Source: Basidiobolus meristosporus CBS 931.73 (taxonomy: Eukaryota; Fungi; Basidiobolomycota). Taken from it: a DNA stretch of 64,000 bases. The translations under genes and the position numbers were made by a program. The notes below the pieces were generated by a model. The model saw only the letters and a program-made list of their open reading frames with translations. It was not told the DNA's origin and did not search any database. Numbering within the stretch: position 1 is the first letter of the stretch; every line of letters begins with the position of its first letter. Shown here one piece after another: positions 13,951-25,678 of this stretch. The stretch is from assembly GCA_002104905.1 (NCBI GenBank), contig MCFE01000400.1, positions 17,340 through 81,339 of the forward strand. The letters are read 5' to 3'.

Positions 13951-15569
13951 GTCATAGATTGTTAAGGGGGTCACTAATTCCAAGCTGCTGGTTTTATGAT
14001 GCTCTCTTAACAGGATCTTGATGGCTGATCTGGATTGGATCCACCTGCAGGACCAAATTATTTTTCATAGGGTCACTATAGTGGGTCATCATTGAATCTT
14101 ACATTCATATAGGTGCATATAGGCCTTCATGCAATAGGTCACACACTTGTCTGGCCAGAAATATGTTAGATATCAGCAGAACTCTGGTGAGAGGAGTCCT
14201 TAATAGACTGCTGAAGGAAGGAGTATGCTAGCAATATTCAGGGACATAGTTGAAAGCTAGAAATTATTAACAATATTGGCCCAAGCAGCAATTTTTTTTT
14301 GCTAATATGAATGCCTCTACTGGGCATATAGTACCTCTATATCTATCTTATATAGCTTGAGTACTACTGATGGTATGATGGATATGCAACTACTGAGTTA
14401 ATCTATATACTATACTGGTTCAATATAAGATATAAACTTATGTTAACTCCTATTAAAAAATAACTAAAGACTAGCAGAACACCAGTATGCTAACAGTGGT
14501 GGTCCCATTGTCCTTAGTAGCAGCTTTTAATATATGATGTTCTGGCAATATTGAGGACAATTCTATAGATGCTTGAGTGTGCTTTATCGGAGTAATCCTG
14601 ATACAAAATGTGATAACAGTCAGCTCACTAGCTCTAGGAGTATATACCTTTGAAAATAGGGCCAAAATGCCAGTGGTGCACTAGCATAATACTGTGTGAA
14701 ATCCAGGTTTGTTATTTTTCAAGGGGTGTGCTTATGCTATTGCTTTGACTTTTATATGGACACACCAAGTTAATTTGCTGTTGACATAGGGGGACTTTGT
14801 TCTATGAGTACTTGGCAAAACCTTCATACCTTGAAGTTACTACTTTATCTTGAGCATGCTGAGTTTAATAGTGCAGCAAAATTACAAAGTTTACTTTACG
14901 GTCTGTTGAGCCATTCAAATCATCATTATAGGTATGATTTCCAAAAATCCCCAGGAATTGTTGCACTCATTTAATTAAAGTAGGTCAAGTGATGTTGAAG
15001 GAGCACCATATCCCAAACACTTTCCTATATTAACCCCAATACTTCACCTTTGATAAAATATCAACTTGGCTATCCTTTCTTCCCTTTGAACCAATCCTTC
15101 AATTTCATTAGGCACCTCTCTGGTTGCTTCTAGTCCACTTCTTCCCAAGGAGCCCACCAAGCCACCATAGGAGTCCAACAACCCGTCCGGGAAAACCACC
15201 AAACTTCCGAAGAATCCACCAAGGCCCCAAAGGAACATCAAATTTTTGATTTTTGAACAACACGCTCTTTTAGTTCTCCGATCATGACTTCACATATTGT
15301 GTTAGATGCTACCGACTTGAAATGCGCAATTGGTGATATGCTTGATTGGATTGAGGATGAGGATGAGGAATTTGATATGGAAGTGAAGGAAGCAGGGAAA
15401 GATAGTTGCGAACTAGTAACAGCGAGGAAAGCTAAAGGAACTTTGCACTTGAAGGCCAGTGAAATCGACCCAAGTTGTTCGGACGACAAACTACAGTATG
15501 TATTTCTAACTCAGGTGGTTGTGCAGTCCGTCAAATTCACAGTGTGGAGAAGGTCAAGGCTTGTTTAAA

Positions 15570-15746
15570 TAAAAGTTGGTTCGGACCGTTCCCAGTAATG
15601 TAGTGCAAGCTTCTGAAAGGAGTGCCCGTGATGTATTAAATAGCTGTGTGTATATGGTGACTGATCGGCAGTGTACGATTCTGAAATGTTTGATCAGTAG
15701 TATTTGAAGCGATCAAAAATGAAGAGTTATGATGTATATTATAACC
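15570..15746 (-). mobile_element. Older diverged LTR related to the adjacent Gypsy LTR, in inverted orientation
   Basis: gtaatgtagtgcaagcttctgaaaggagtgcccgtgatgtattaaata matches the reverse-complemented LTR (gataacgtagggcaagcttccaaaaggagggttcaagatgtattaaata). gaagagttatgatgtatattataac matches its terminus gactagttaggatttaaatcataac. It may extend to about 15415. Confidence 0.75.
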
Positions 15747-16061
15747 AACCTGTTATGATTTAAATCCTAACTAGTCACTACCAATCACTTGAACACTACT
15801 GATCGAACACCTGGAATTCCACACAGACGATCAATTGCACTCAGTGATACACACGTTATTTAATACATCTTGAACCCTCCTTTTGGAAGCTTGCCCTACG
15901 TTATCGGAAGCTCTCCCTCCAAGGCTATCTCTATATAAACTCCTTTGAACACTATCAATAAAGCATCAACCTTTTACCGGTTCATCAACTATTCAGATAA
16001 CCTCTCTGATTCGTATTGGACATCCTCTGGTCCTCCTCCGCTTGCCCTCGATTCATAACAT

Positions 16062-16072
16062 TGGTAGCAGCG
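16062..16072 (+). promoter_or_regulatory. Primer-binding site TGGTAGCAGCG, probably for the 3' end of initiator tRNA-Met
   Basis: Lies 1 nt after the 5' LTR and begins TGG (complement of CCA). It implies a tRNA acceptor stem starting AGCAGCG, typical of eukaryotic initiator Met. Confidence 0.7.
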
Positions 16073-16104
16073 AACCTCCGATCTCCAAAAAACAAAAACC
16101 TCCG

Positions 16105-16370
16105 TACCTCCCAGAAACTTTTCCAATCTCTCAGAAACTCTTCCGATCTCCCAGAAACTTTTCCAATCTCTCAGAAACTCTTCCGATCTCCCAGAAACTC
16201 TTCCGATCTCCCAGAAATCCTTCCAATCCCCCAAAGAAACCCTCCAAACCTCCCAGAAACATTCCCTGACCTCCCAGAGAAACTCTTCCAATCTCCCAGA
16301 TATTCTTCCAATTGTCCAGAGATACCCTCCGTACCTGCCCGAAGCCCTCCCAACCTCCCAGAGAAACCCT
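16105..16370. repeat. About 20-bp tandem repeats in the Gypsy 5' UTR (ctcccagaaactcttccgat)
   Basis: Directly visible; this repeat explains the spurious ORFs at 15989-16489. Confidence 0.85.
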
Positions 16371-16481
16371 CCGTTTCACTCAAAAAAAAAAAAAAACAGT
16401 ACCCAGTCAATTCTGCCAGAGAACCAGCCCCCTTGGTAAACACACCCGCCTACCGCAAATCAAACAATACCCAAAAACAAA

Positions 16482-19400
16482 ATGAGTGAAGAAAAGCCAA
16501 AATTTAGCTCTTCAGAAGAAATGTTGGCCTATATTGAGAGTCTTGAACAACAAGTTGCTGAGTTAGCCGGTCAAGGACAGTCCCACACAACTGAGCCTGC
16601 GGCCCTCCCTAGTCTGGACCCAAGAATGGGTAGGCAGACAGACTTGGACTCTTTACATTTTGTGAACACCCAGAGATCATGGTTTACTGGTCAAGGTATA
16701 CAGAGAGAGGGTGAAGCCTCATCTGTAAGACCTGCAGTGCCTCCCAATTCCTTGAATCTTGGAGAAGATGGGCAAGGCTCTCTGGACTTCACAAAACAAT
16801 ATAGAGCAACAAATCTGAAACTTCAGAAACCCAACATCTTTGAAGGCAAAAGACACACTGCCACTCTAGAGACTTGGATATTTGAAGTAGAGCAGTACCT
16901 ATACTTCTCAGATGACTCTGAAGAAGTCAAAGTACATTATGCCTGTTCACTTTTCAGAAAGGAAGCAACCATGTGGTGGAAACTTCACATTCAAGGAATG
17001 AATAGGGGCATCTTTCCACCCATAGCCTCCTGGGCTGACTTTGTTAAAGCATTGAGAAAGAGGTTTACACCTATCAATGCTGATAGAATGGCAAGAGAAA
17101 AACTGTCCAAACTCTTTCAAGCCAAGTCTGTTCAAGAGTACAATGAGCAGTTTAACTTGCTTAGTATGGAAATTCAAAACATGCCTGATACTGAACTACT
17201 TGAGCAATACCTAAGAGGCCTGAAATCCAACACTAGATGGGAAATTGAATACAAAGACCCCAAAACCCTAATAGAGGCTATGGAACTGGCAGAAAGATAT
17301 GATGCCATACACTTCAGAAGGGCTGTCAACCACAGAATTGGTCACTCAAGAACTACTACAGGCTTCAAAGCCAATAACCACATACCTATTGGTAGTCAAC
17401 CAATCACTGAACAAGGTGCACACTACTCCCAAACACTGGAGCCTATGGACCTAGATGTTATGCAGAGCACACCAAGACCTTCTAAAGAGGAATGCTTCAA
17501 GCTTGGACTATGCTTTTACTGCAAGGAACAGGGTCATAAAGTCAATGAATGCCCAAAGAGGCCATTACAAAGAGTATTCCAACTCTCCACTAAGGAGGAG
17601 GAGCACACAATCAGCCTTGTTAAGGAATATCAGAGGACTCAGAGCTTATATACTACCCCAAAGATACTGAAACTCCCAGGGATTCTCAACAACAACCAAT
17701 GTGTCTCTGTACTCATTGACAGTGGAGCAACTGATGTCTACATTGCAAAAGATGTAGCTGATCAGATGAAGCTACAAACAATCCCTTGCCCCCCAATTCA
17801 CATCCTCTGTGCCACCAAGGAATCAATTATAGTGAACAGCAGGACTGAACCCTTGACTTTACAAATCAGGGACTTCCAAGACACCATTTCCCCAATTATC
17901 ATACCCCAAGCCAACTTTGAAATCAATGTGGGACAAACTTGGCTAAGAAAGCACAATCCTGACATAAACTGGCAGACTCAGGAAGTTGTAATCAACAAGG
18001 ATGATGCAAAATATCATCTGTCACCCAAACCAACCCTGGACAAAGGCAATGCACCAGAACACACCATATCAAAGAAACAGCTTGCCCACTCTATCAGACA
18101 GAATCCCAAACTGTTGCACATGATAGCCTTTGCCAAAATCCAAGAGACCACAGAAGTGACAAATGACAGGCTCAAGACCTTGTTAGCAGAGTTTCAAGAG
18201 GTTTTTCCCAAGGAAATCCCTGCACTACCCCCAAGCAGAGAGATTGACCATGCCATAGAAGTAACAGATGATAAACCAAGAAACAGAGCCCCATATAAGT
18301 TCTCCCCAAAGGAAATGGAGACTTTGAAGGAAACATTGAAGGACTACCTGGCCAAAGGCTGGATAAAACCCAGTAAATCACCATGGGGAGCTCCAGTACT
18401 CTTTGCTCCAAAGAAGGATGGGAAGCTACGGTTCTGTGTGGACTACAGGGCCCTAAATGCAATCACTGTCAGAAATTCCTACCCATTACCAAGAATTGAT
18501 GCCCTCTTTGACCAACTGGGGAAGGCAAAGATATTCTCTAAAATAGACCTGGCATCTGGATATCACCAAATCAGAATTAAGCCTGAAGACACCTCTAAGA
18601 CAGCATTCAACACAAGATATGGTCATTATGAGTTTGTTGTGATGAGCTTTGGCCTGACTAATGCCCCAGCAACATTTCAGACACTCATGAATAGCATCCT
18701 GGAACCATATTTAGAGAAATTTGTCCTGGTCTACTTAGATGACATTCTGATCTATAGTACCAGCATGGATGACCACATGAAGCACTTGAAGACAGTACTG
18801 GCTATACTAAAAAAGCACAAGCTATATGCACAACTTCCTAAGTGTGAATTCCTCACCAGATCAGTTGAATACCTTGGTCACATAATCTCAGATAAAGGAC
18901 TACACATGGATCCAGCCAAGATAGATGCTATCCAGAAATGGGAAGCCCCAAAGTCACTCACTGAAATGAGATCCTTCCTGGGACTTGCATCATATTACAG
19001 AAGATTCATCAGGGACTTTGCAACTATTGCAGCCCCCCTTACAGACTTGACCAAAAAAGAGAAAGACTATATATGGACCCCAAACTGTGAGACAGCTTTC
19101 CTAACTCTGAAAGAAAAGCTATGCCAAACTCCTGTGCTTCAGTTGCCTGATTTCTCAGAACCTTTCTGTGTATACACTGATGCTTCAGATCTAGCTGTTG
19201 GAGGGGTACTGACTCAAAAAGAACACCCAGTTGCTTATGAGTCCAAAAAGCTATCAGTAACTGAACAAAACTACCCAGTCCATGAAAAAGAACTCTATGC
19301 CATACTACATTGTCTGAGAGTGTGGAGATGCTACTTGGAGGGCAAACACTTTGTGGTATATACAGATCATGCATCCCTAAGATACATTCACACCCAGAAG

Positions 19401-20831
19401 CTATTATCCAGAAGAATAACTAGATGGATTGAAGAACTACAACAATTTGATTTTAAAATCCACTACCTCCCTGGGCCAAAGAATACAGTTGCTGATGCAC
19501 TCTCAAGGCAACATATATCAATGGTAGATCATGAGTTGGACTGGCCAGAATACATGCCAGAGTACTTGGCAAGTCAGACAATGCCAGAAGATTTATCACA
19601 GGAAGTAAGAGTCAAGATTAAGAAAGAAGCAGAGAATTTCTCATATGGTGAAGACGAGGTACTTTACAGACACATGGAAGAAATAGGGCCTGTACCATAT
19701 ATTCCATTTGTATACAGAGGTGACATGATAATCAAGAATCATAAAGCCTTTGGACATCTGGGCATCCAAGGAACTTATGAAATAACTAAAAGGAGAGCCT
19801 GGTGGCCTAAACTCAAACAATTTATAGCTGAGACCCTCAAGACCTGCCCTGAGTGCCAGCTGGCTAGACCATACAACAAGGAACATGCCCCATTAGAACC
19901 ACTGACTCCAGTTCCAGCATTCTACAGATGGGGAATTGACTTCATTGGAATCTTGCCTGAAACTTCAAGAGGGAACAAGTGGATCATAACTGCAATTGAC
20001 CATACCACTAAGTGGTGTATAGCAAAAGCCATGCCAGCAGCTACTGCAAAAAATGTTGCAAAATTCCTTTACCTGGAAATCTTTATGCAGTTTGGATGCC
20101 CAGGTGAAATTCTGTCTGACAGAGGAGCAAACTTTTTGGAACAAACCTTGAAAGAATACCTTCAGATAATGGGGGTTAGACATTTGAAGACATCAGCATA
20201 CCACCCTAGAACAAATGGGGTTACAGAGAGGTTCAATGGACTCTTTGGGAAGATGCTGACTACTTATGTCAAAGGAGCCAAACATAAGTGGGATGAATTT
20301 GTACATCAAGCACTCTTTGCCTGTCGTATTAGAGTCCATTCAGCAACACAAAAGTCCCCCTTCTACCTAGTGTATGGTACACATCCAAGAATCCCAGGTG
20401 ATACCTTACCACCATACATCTGGGACTTAAAGAACCAAAAAGACTTGGCAGAATTCAGAACAAGGGAACTGGAAGAATTAGGACATGCAAGACATGATGC
20501 CATCAAGAATTTAAAACGACAAGCAGAGAAGATGAAAGAACAGTACAACAAAACAGTGGTAACAAAACCCTTAACTTTGGGAAAACTTGTATTAGTCCGA
20601 AATGAAAGTAGGCTAAAACTAGAACCACATTGGGTTGGACCCTTTATTATCACAAGAGAAATGCCCTTCAACACATTTCAACTCGCAGACATGTCAGGTA
20701 AAGTAAAGGAGGACCTAGTGCATAGAGACCGACTAAAGGAAGCACAGCTAAAAAACCCAATGACACCACCAACCAAATACTGGTATTACAAGTCCGATAG
20801 ACAGGACTCTTCAGGAGAAGAACCTCTTTAA
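16482..20831 (+). CDS. Gypsy Gag-Pol polyprotein (capsid, CCHC knuckle, protease, RT, RNase H, integrase; no chromodomain)
   Basis: [14 protein letters not shown]; LIDSGA; [11 protein letters not shown]; YLDDILIYS; YTDASD; integrase H-H-C-C; WGIDFIG; SDRG; ERFNG; GPF motif. 1449 aa uninterrupted. Confidence 0.97.
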   Translation: MSEEKPKFSSSEEMLAYIESLEQQVAELAGQGQSHTTEPAALPSLDPRMGRQTDLDSLHFVNTQRSWFTGQGIQREGEASSVRPAVPPNSLNLGEDGQGSLDFTKQYRATNLKLQKPNIFEGKRHTATLETWIFEVEQYLYFSDDSEEVKVHYACSLFRKEATMWWKLHIQGMNRGIFPPIASWADFVKALRKRFTPINADRMAREKLSKLFQAKSVQEYNEQFNLLSMEIQNMPDTELLEQYLRGLKSNTRWEIEYKDPKTLIEAMELAERYDAIHFRRAVNHRIGHSRTTTGFKANNHIPIGSQPITEQGAHYSQTLEPMDLDVMQSTPRPSKEECFKLGLCFYCKEQGHKVNECPKRPLQRVFQLSTKEEEHTISLVKEYQRTQSLYTTPKILKLPGILNNNQCVSVLIDSGATDVYIAKDVADQMKLQTIPCPPIHILCATKESIIVNSRTEPLTLQIRDFQDTISPIIIPQANFEINVGQTWLRKHNPDINWQTQEVVINKDDAKYHLSPKPTLDKGNAPEHTISKKQLAHSIRQNPKLLHMIAFAKIQETTEVTNDRLKTLLAEFQEVFPKEIPALPPSREIDHAIEVTDDKPRNRAPYKFSPKEMETLKETLKDYLAKGWIKPSKSPWGAPVLFAPKKDGKLRFCVDYRALNAITVRNSYPLPRIDALFDQLGKAKIFSKIDLASGYHQIRIKPEDTSKTAFNTRYGHYEFVVMSFGLTNAPATFQTLMNSILEPYLEKFVLVYLDDILIYSTSMDDHMKHLKTVLAILKKHKLYAQLPKCEFLTRSVEYLGHIISDKGLHMDPAKIDAIQKWEAPKSLTEMRSFLGLASYYRRFIRDFATIAAPLTDLTKKEKDYIWTPNCETAFLTLKEKLCQTPVLQLPDFSEPFCVYTDASDLAVGGVLTQKEHPVAYESKKLSVTEQNYPVHEKELYAILHCLRVWRCYLEGKHFVVYTDHASLRYIHTQKLLSRRITRWIEELQQFDFKIHYLPGPKNTVADALSRQHISMVDHELDWPEYMPEYLASQTMPEDLSQEVRVKIKKEAENFSYGEDEVLYRHMEEIGPVPYIPFVYRGDMIIKNHKAFGHLGIQGTYEITKRRAWWPKLKQFIAETLKTCPECQLARPYNKEHAPLEPLTPVPAFYRWGIDFIGILPETSRGNKWIITAIDHTTKWCIAKAMPAATAKNVAKFLYLEIFMQFGCPGEILSDRGANFLEQTLKEYLQIMGVRHLKTSAYHPRTNGVTERFNGLFGKMLTTYVKGAKHKWDEFVHQALFACRIRVHSATQKSPFYLVYGTHPRIPGDTLPPYIWDLKNQKDLAEFRTRELEELGHARHDAIKNLKRQAEKMKEQYNKTVVTKPLTLGKLVLVRNESRLKLEPHWVGPFIITREMPFNTFQLADMSGKVKEDLVHRDRLKEAQLKNPMTPPTKYWYYKSDRQDSSGEEPL

Positions 20832-21163
20832 GTGTGGGAGTATGTTATGATTTAAATCCTAACTAGTCACTACCGATCACTTGAACACTACTGATCGAAC
20901 ACCTGGAATTCCACACAGACGATCAATTGCACTCAGTGATACACACGTTATTTAATACATCTTGAACCCTCCTTTTGGAAGCTTGCCCTACGTTATCGGA
21001 AGCTCTCCCTCCGAGGCTATCTCTATATAAACTCCTTTGAACACTATCAATAAAGCATCAACCTTTTACCGGTTCATCAACTATTCAGATAACCTCTCTG
21101 ATTCGTATTGGACATCCTCCGGTCCTCCTCCGCTTGCCCTCGATTCATAACAAACCCAAGTTC

Positions 21164-21235
21164 GCCTGCTTAGCGCAGTGGTAGCGCGTCAGTCTCGTAA
21201 ACTGAAGGTCGCCAGTTCAATCCTGGCAGTAGGCA
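21164..21235 (+). tRNA. tRNA-Thr(CGT)
   Basis: Cloverleaf: acceptor GCCTGCT/AGTAGGC, D stem GCGC/GCGC, anticodon stem TCAGT-CTCGTAA-ACTGA, T arm GCCAG-TTCAATC-CTGGC. Followed by T-runs. Confidence 0.95.
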
Positions 21236-22121
21236 TTTATTTTAATATTGAATAAATCAAGATGGTCACCAACTCAACTCACCCACCACAAGGATGGAAA
21301 TGGTCGACCATGTCAAGATTGAGGCGACCCCAGTGTCACCTCCTTCGGGATCCCCTGACACCGGAGAAAACCCAAAGGTTACAGGGAAGGTAGGCCTCAC
21401 ACATGAGTCAACCCGAACGCCCTGCTGGAGGTGGGGGTGGGAGTGTGTGATGATATGATATCAGTGAATTTCAAACCATCAATGGCATGGTTTCGTCCGA
21501 AAAGGGCCAAACATATGCACGACAATAAGCCTCATATTCTGGACTGGCCCCTAATTCTGATTTTGTGCATAGCTGCAAGTGGAGCCTATATCGGATGTTG
21601 GTAGTTTCTGGGAAGGAGTTCTGATGCACTACCTGGGGTATTAGATTGTTCACCCAGAGTTGAGGAGCCGATGGTACATCAAGAGTCCATTCCTTGTCCA
21701 TCGATGATGATAGGAGTTTCTTGAAGATGAATGCCAGAAGGATGTATATCTGCAAACCCAATTGTGATTCTTTTAATTTCTTTGCAGGTGAGTTCAAGTT
21801 CACTACCGCTAATGTAGGTAAGAAAGAAAAGGATGTAGGCAGGAATCCCATTGGGTTATTTGACCGGGCTGTGATGAATCAATTTACTGACGCCCTAGCC
21901 CATTGAGTTCACAACGCCAAGTGGGCTGGATTTCACCCCCAGTATGCGTGTCGATCAGGTTCTTCCTCCCCAGCCAAGCTCTCGCTCAGATTATGTGGTT
22001 TGAATGGATTGGTATTCTTGGCAGGTAGATATGTCACTTGGCAACTCTTCTTATAAATGTCGAACCTCGCTGATCCTCCGAACACAACATCCCATTACCA
22101 CTGATTCATACCAACGCAGCC

Positions 22122-22430
22122 ATGCAACTCACAAAGCTAACCTTGATCACTGCCCTCTTCGCTGTCATCATGGCCCAGTCTCCCACCCCGACCGTGGTCA
22201 CAACCACCAGTCCTGGCTCTACCGCCACCACACCTGCTACTACCACTGCCAACAACGGAGGGGTCTTCCCAAGCATCTGGAACAAGGTCACCTCGGGGAT
22301 CGCATCTGTCCCATCACACGTTCGCAACGCCACCGAGGATGTGTTTGGGAACTCTGGGGAGCGAGTGAACCTTTCACTCGGCAGTGTGATGCTCACGGGC
22401 GGGGCACTATGGTATCAAATGAGGGCCTGA
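22122..22430 (+). CDS. Small secreted Ser/Thr-rich protein with predicted GPI signal, family copy A
   Basis: Signal peptide, T-rich linker, VFPSIWNKVTSGIA helix, GNSG plus hydrophobic tail. TATA box (ttataaat) near 22051. Confidence 0.85.
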   Translation: MQLTKLTLITALFAVIMAQSPTPTVVTTTSPGSTATTPATTTANNGGVFPSIWNKVTSGIASVPSHVRNATEDVFGNSGERVNLSLGSVMLTGGALWYQMRA

Positions 22431-22924
22431 TTGAGAGTGATCGAAAGGAACTAGCATTTGAACCAACACAATTCTATACAGCCCATGCATTCTGTCCCAC
22501 CATCCTTGCTCCATGATATGTAACATACCTAAGTCAGTTAATAAATGCCTACAGTGATCTCACCACCTGATTGTTGAGATATCCCTCCATCCAACCAATT
22601 GGTGGTAGTCGATGAACCCCGATGGAAAACACACTCTCTGTATCACCTTTTATGCTACATTCGGAACTGGTTGACAATGATCAGGATTGGCATTGAACCG
22701 CATTACCCTCGACAGTGGTGTTCGTGTACACCATTCGGAGTTTCCTCGCATTGAACATAATTAGCACAAAAGAATAACCACCAGTCGGTGCACCCATTCT
22801 GTCACCTTACAACAACGACCTTGGGTCCTTGACTCATCGCTGGCCCTCTGGTGGAGTATAAAACGCTCCCCCGCCTCTTCCTCTGCCACCCACTCGAGTT
22901 CCTTACCCCCCCCCTCCGTCCATA

Positions 22925-23170
22925 ATGAAGTTCTCCATCCTTTTGTCCGCTGTTGCCGCCCTCTACATCACCGGAGCGGATGCCGCCTGCTACTGCCTCT
23001 CCGCCACCGGAAAAGGGACATTCTGCGGATTCCAACTGACCGGTGACTCGTGCGTGACCGATCATCTCTACCAATGCAATGGCTACCGCCAGCCGGTATT
23101 CCAAGACCTAGGAAAGTGCGCCAACGGATGTCAAGGAACCTACCCATCCCAGAGCGACCACTGCAAATGA
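22925..23170 (+). CDS. Small secreted 8-Cys protein, copy 1 (81 aa)
   Basis: Signal peptide MKFSILLSAVAALYITGADA, mature part with 8 Cys, TATAAAA near 22857. Confidence 0.88.
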   Translation: MKFSILLSAVAALYITGADAACYCLSATGKGTFCGFQLTGDSCVTDHLYQCNGYRQPVFQDLGKCANGCQGTYPSQSDHCK

Positions 23171-24004
23171 AGGCATAACGCACGCAGTAGGTTATTCCCT
23201 CAAAACAGCCTAGATCTAATTGGCAGCAATGCTGCATCTTTGACAAGGAATTAATAAAAGTCGAGGTGATACGGATGAGTTCTTGAGAATAATCGACTGA
23301 AACTGGTGGGGATAGGGAGAATGGTACTGGTACTGGTACTGGTACTGGTACTATGACTGATAGATAAGAATTAGGAGGTTGAACTTAGAGGCCAAACCAT
23401 AGCGAACGAGCTCACTTGACCAGAAGTAGAAACGCGGTCAAACACATTTCCCCGTGACCAAGGTGAGCAATCTCTCTGCATCACGCACAGGTTTGGATCT
23501 TCAATACATGCCCGAACCTCTCACTCCCCCACCCCCACAATGCACCGATGAAATAGGCATTGCATCACCCAATTCGTAATCGATGATATTTCACCAGATC
23601 ACCCAAACCCGACATATAGACACACGAATCAGTTCCAATTCAGACAAAATGTCCCCCAGGTATTACCCAACCAACCAATGAATAGCAGCCTACGAACCTC
23701 GATAGAAAGCCTGCCTGCTGTACCACCCATCATGCTACGTTCGGAACTGGTTGACAATGATCAGGATTGGCATTGAACCGCATTACCCTCGACAGTGGTG
23801 CTCGTGTACACCATTCGGAGTTTCCTCGCATTGAACATAATTAGCACAAAAGAATAACCACCAGTCGGTGCACCCATCCTGTCACCTTACAACAACGACC
23901 TTGAGTCCTTGACTCATCGCTGGCCCTCTGGTGGAGTATAAAACGCTCCCCCGCCTCTTCCTCTGCCACCCACTCGAGTTCCTTACCCCCCCCCTCCGTC
24001 CATA

Positions 24005-24250
24005 ATGAAGTTCTCCATCCTTTTGTCCGCTGTTGCCGCCCTCTACATCACCGGAGCGGATGCCGCCTGCTACTGCCTCTCCGCCACCGGAAAAGGGACA
24101 TTCTGCGGATTCCAACTGACCGGTGACTCGTGCGTGACCGATCATCTCTACCAATGCAATGGCTACCGCCAGCCGGTGTTCCAAGACCTAGGAAAGTGCG
24201 CCAACGGATGTCAAGGAACCTACCCATCCCAGAGCGACCACTGCAAATGA
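24005..24250 (+). CDS. Small secreted 8-Cys protein, copy 2 (identical protein)
   Basis: Direct duplicate offset by 1080 bp. Confidence 0.88.
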   Translation: MKFSILLSAVAALYITGADAACYCLSATGKGTFCGFQLTGDSCVTDHLYQCNGYRQPVFQDLGKCANGCQGTYPSQSDHCK

Positions 24251-24649
24251 AGGCACAACCCTCGCCGTAGGTAATGATCGTAATGGGCCCTCCCCTCCAA
24301 AATAGCCAAGTTGCACGACACATTAATTTCCCATCCACGCTGCGGCCCATACAAGGAATGAATAAAGTGGAAGTGATCAAGACGTCATATGGGATACGAC
24401 ATGCTTCATTATAGACGGTGTGCCCCGGTTGTAGTACCAGCATTCCGACGATAAAACGCAACGTCGTCTGCGCGGTTGAGATGAGCGATGACTACATATT
24501 GGTATGGGATCGATCGGAGGTTCGCTTTGGGGAGGTTTATTGGCTGATTGTGGTATGTTACATATCATGGAGCAAGGATGGTGTGAGGAATGGTTTGGCT
24601 AGTGTACAATATTGGAAGTGTGGACACGAAATAGATCACCTCACCCCAA

Positions 24650-24958
24650 CTACGCATTCATTTGGTACAGGAGCACTCCACCTGTGAGCATCACACTGCC
24701 GAGTGAAAGGTTCACTCGCTCCCCAGAGTTCCCAAACACATCCTCGGTGGCATTGCGAACGTGTGATGGGACAGATGCGATTCCCGAGGTGACCTTGTTC
24801 CAGATGCTTGGGAAGACCCCTCCGTTGTTGGCAGTGGTAGTAGCAGGAGTGGTGGCGGTAGAGCCAGGGCTGGTGGTTGTGACCACGGTCGGGGTGGGAG
24901 ACTGGGCCATGATACCTGCGATGAGAGCAGTGATCAAGGTTAGCTTTGTGAGTTGCAT
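24650..24958 (-). CDS. Small secreted GPI-like protein, copy B
   Basis: Start MQLTKL at 24958, by homology with copy A. Together with its promoter it is an inverted duplicate of copy A. Confidence 0.85.
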   Translation of the reverse strand: MQLTKLTLITALIAGIMAQSPTPTVVTTTSPGSTATTPATTTANNGGVFPSIWNKVTSGIASVPSHVRNATEDVFGNSGERVNLSLGSVMLTGGVLLYQMNA

Positions 24959-25678
24959 GGCTGCGTTGGTATGAATCAGTGGTAATGGGATGTTGTGCTT
25001 CGGAGGATCAGCGAGGTTCGACATTTATAAGAAGAGTTGCCAAGTGACATATCTATCTGCCAAGAATACCAATCCATTCAAACCGCATTATCTGAGCCAG
25101 AGCTCGGCTGGGGAGGCAGAGCCCGATCGACACGGATGCAAACTGAGAGATCCAGCCGGCTTGGCATGACCGAGTAAATCGGGGATTCGATGGGCTTGGG
25201 CGTCAGGTAGATAGATTGATCACAGCCCGGATAAATCTGGAATTACGCGTCGTTCCTGGCTTGGTTAGAACAGGTTGAGGTGTGAGAGATGAGCTCAAGT
25301 GACCATGAGGTTCCAGTTGCTCCATTTGCCCTTTCGTACAGCTACGCCAGCACGCCTCAAATAGACTTCTGTTGCTCGATGTCTTTTTGCTCGCATTAGG
25401 CTTGCTGCCAGTCAATGCGTAAGAGTGGTACGGTTATTTCACAAGGACTTGAGGGAATCCAGCGTGTTATTTATTTCGCATTTGAGGATGATCATCCAGG
25501 GTGCATCACCGACACTCCGATCAAGAAATACCGGTCCAAGGGAGGCTAGGATCTATTCTTAAGAGACGAGCTCAATGAGTGTTTATTGACTGGCTTGGGT
25601 ATGTTACATATCAGAGGGCAATGGTGTGAGCTAGTGTACAACATAGAAAGCGCGAATGCGAATTAAACTCCACCCCAG

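Larger units (their letters stand above)
8481..14072 (+). mobile_element. Degenerate CACTA/CMC element, copy C, about 5.6 kb with both termini
   Basis: Left end (A)CCTATGAAAATTATT; right end AATTATTTTTCATAGGG (reverse complement CCCTATGAAAAATAATT). TCA lies on both sides (8478-8480 and 14073-14075), consistent with a 3-bp TSD. Transposase and ORF2 are divergently oriented. Confidence 0.75.
15751..21152 (+). mobile_element. Full-length Ty3/Gypsy LTR retrotransposon
   Basis: 310-bp LTRs at 15751-16060 and 20843-21152 (TG...CA, 3 mismatches), 4-bp TSD AACC, a PBS, a purine-rich tract before the 3' LTR, and a single intact gag-pol ORF. Confidence 0.97.

Noticed and set aside
15735-15744. TATATTATAA as the displaced TATA box of the tRNA gene
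   Set aside because: It is better explained as the terminus of the older inverted LTR.
16105-16370. Possible CRISPR-like array (this repeat and the 155-bp satellite)
   Set aside because: There are no unique spacers and no cas genes, and the context is eukaryotic.
15989-16489. Several overlapping ORFs upstream of gag
   Set aside because: They are translations of the 20-bp tandem repeat in the Gypsy 5' UTR.
21480-21906. Short ORFs downstream of the tRNA, one with a hydrophobic stretch
   Set aside because: No recognisable motif, an internal stop and no convincing splice model.
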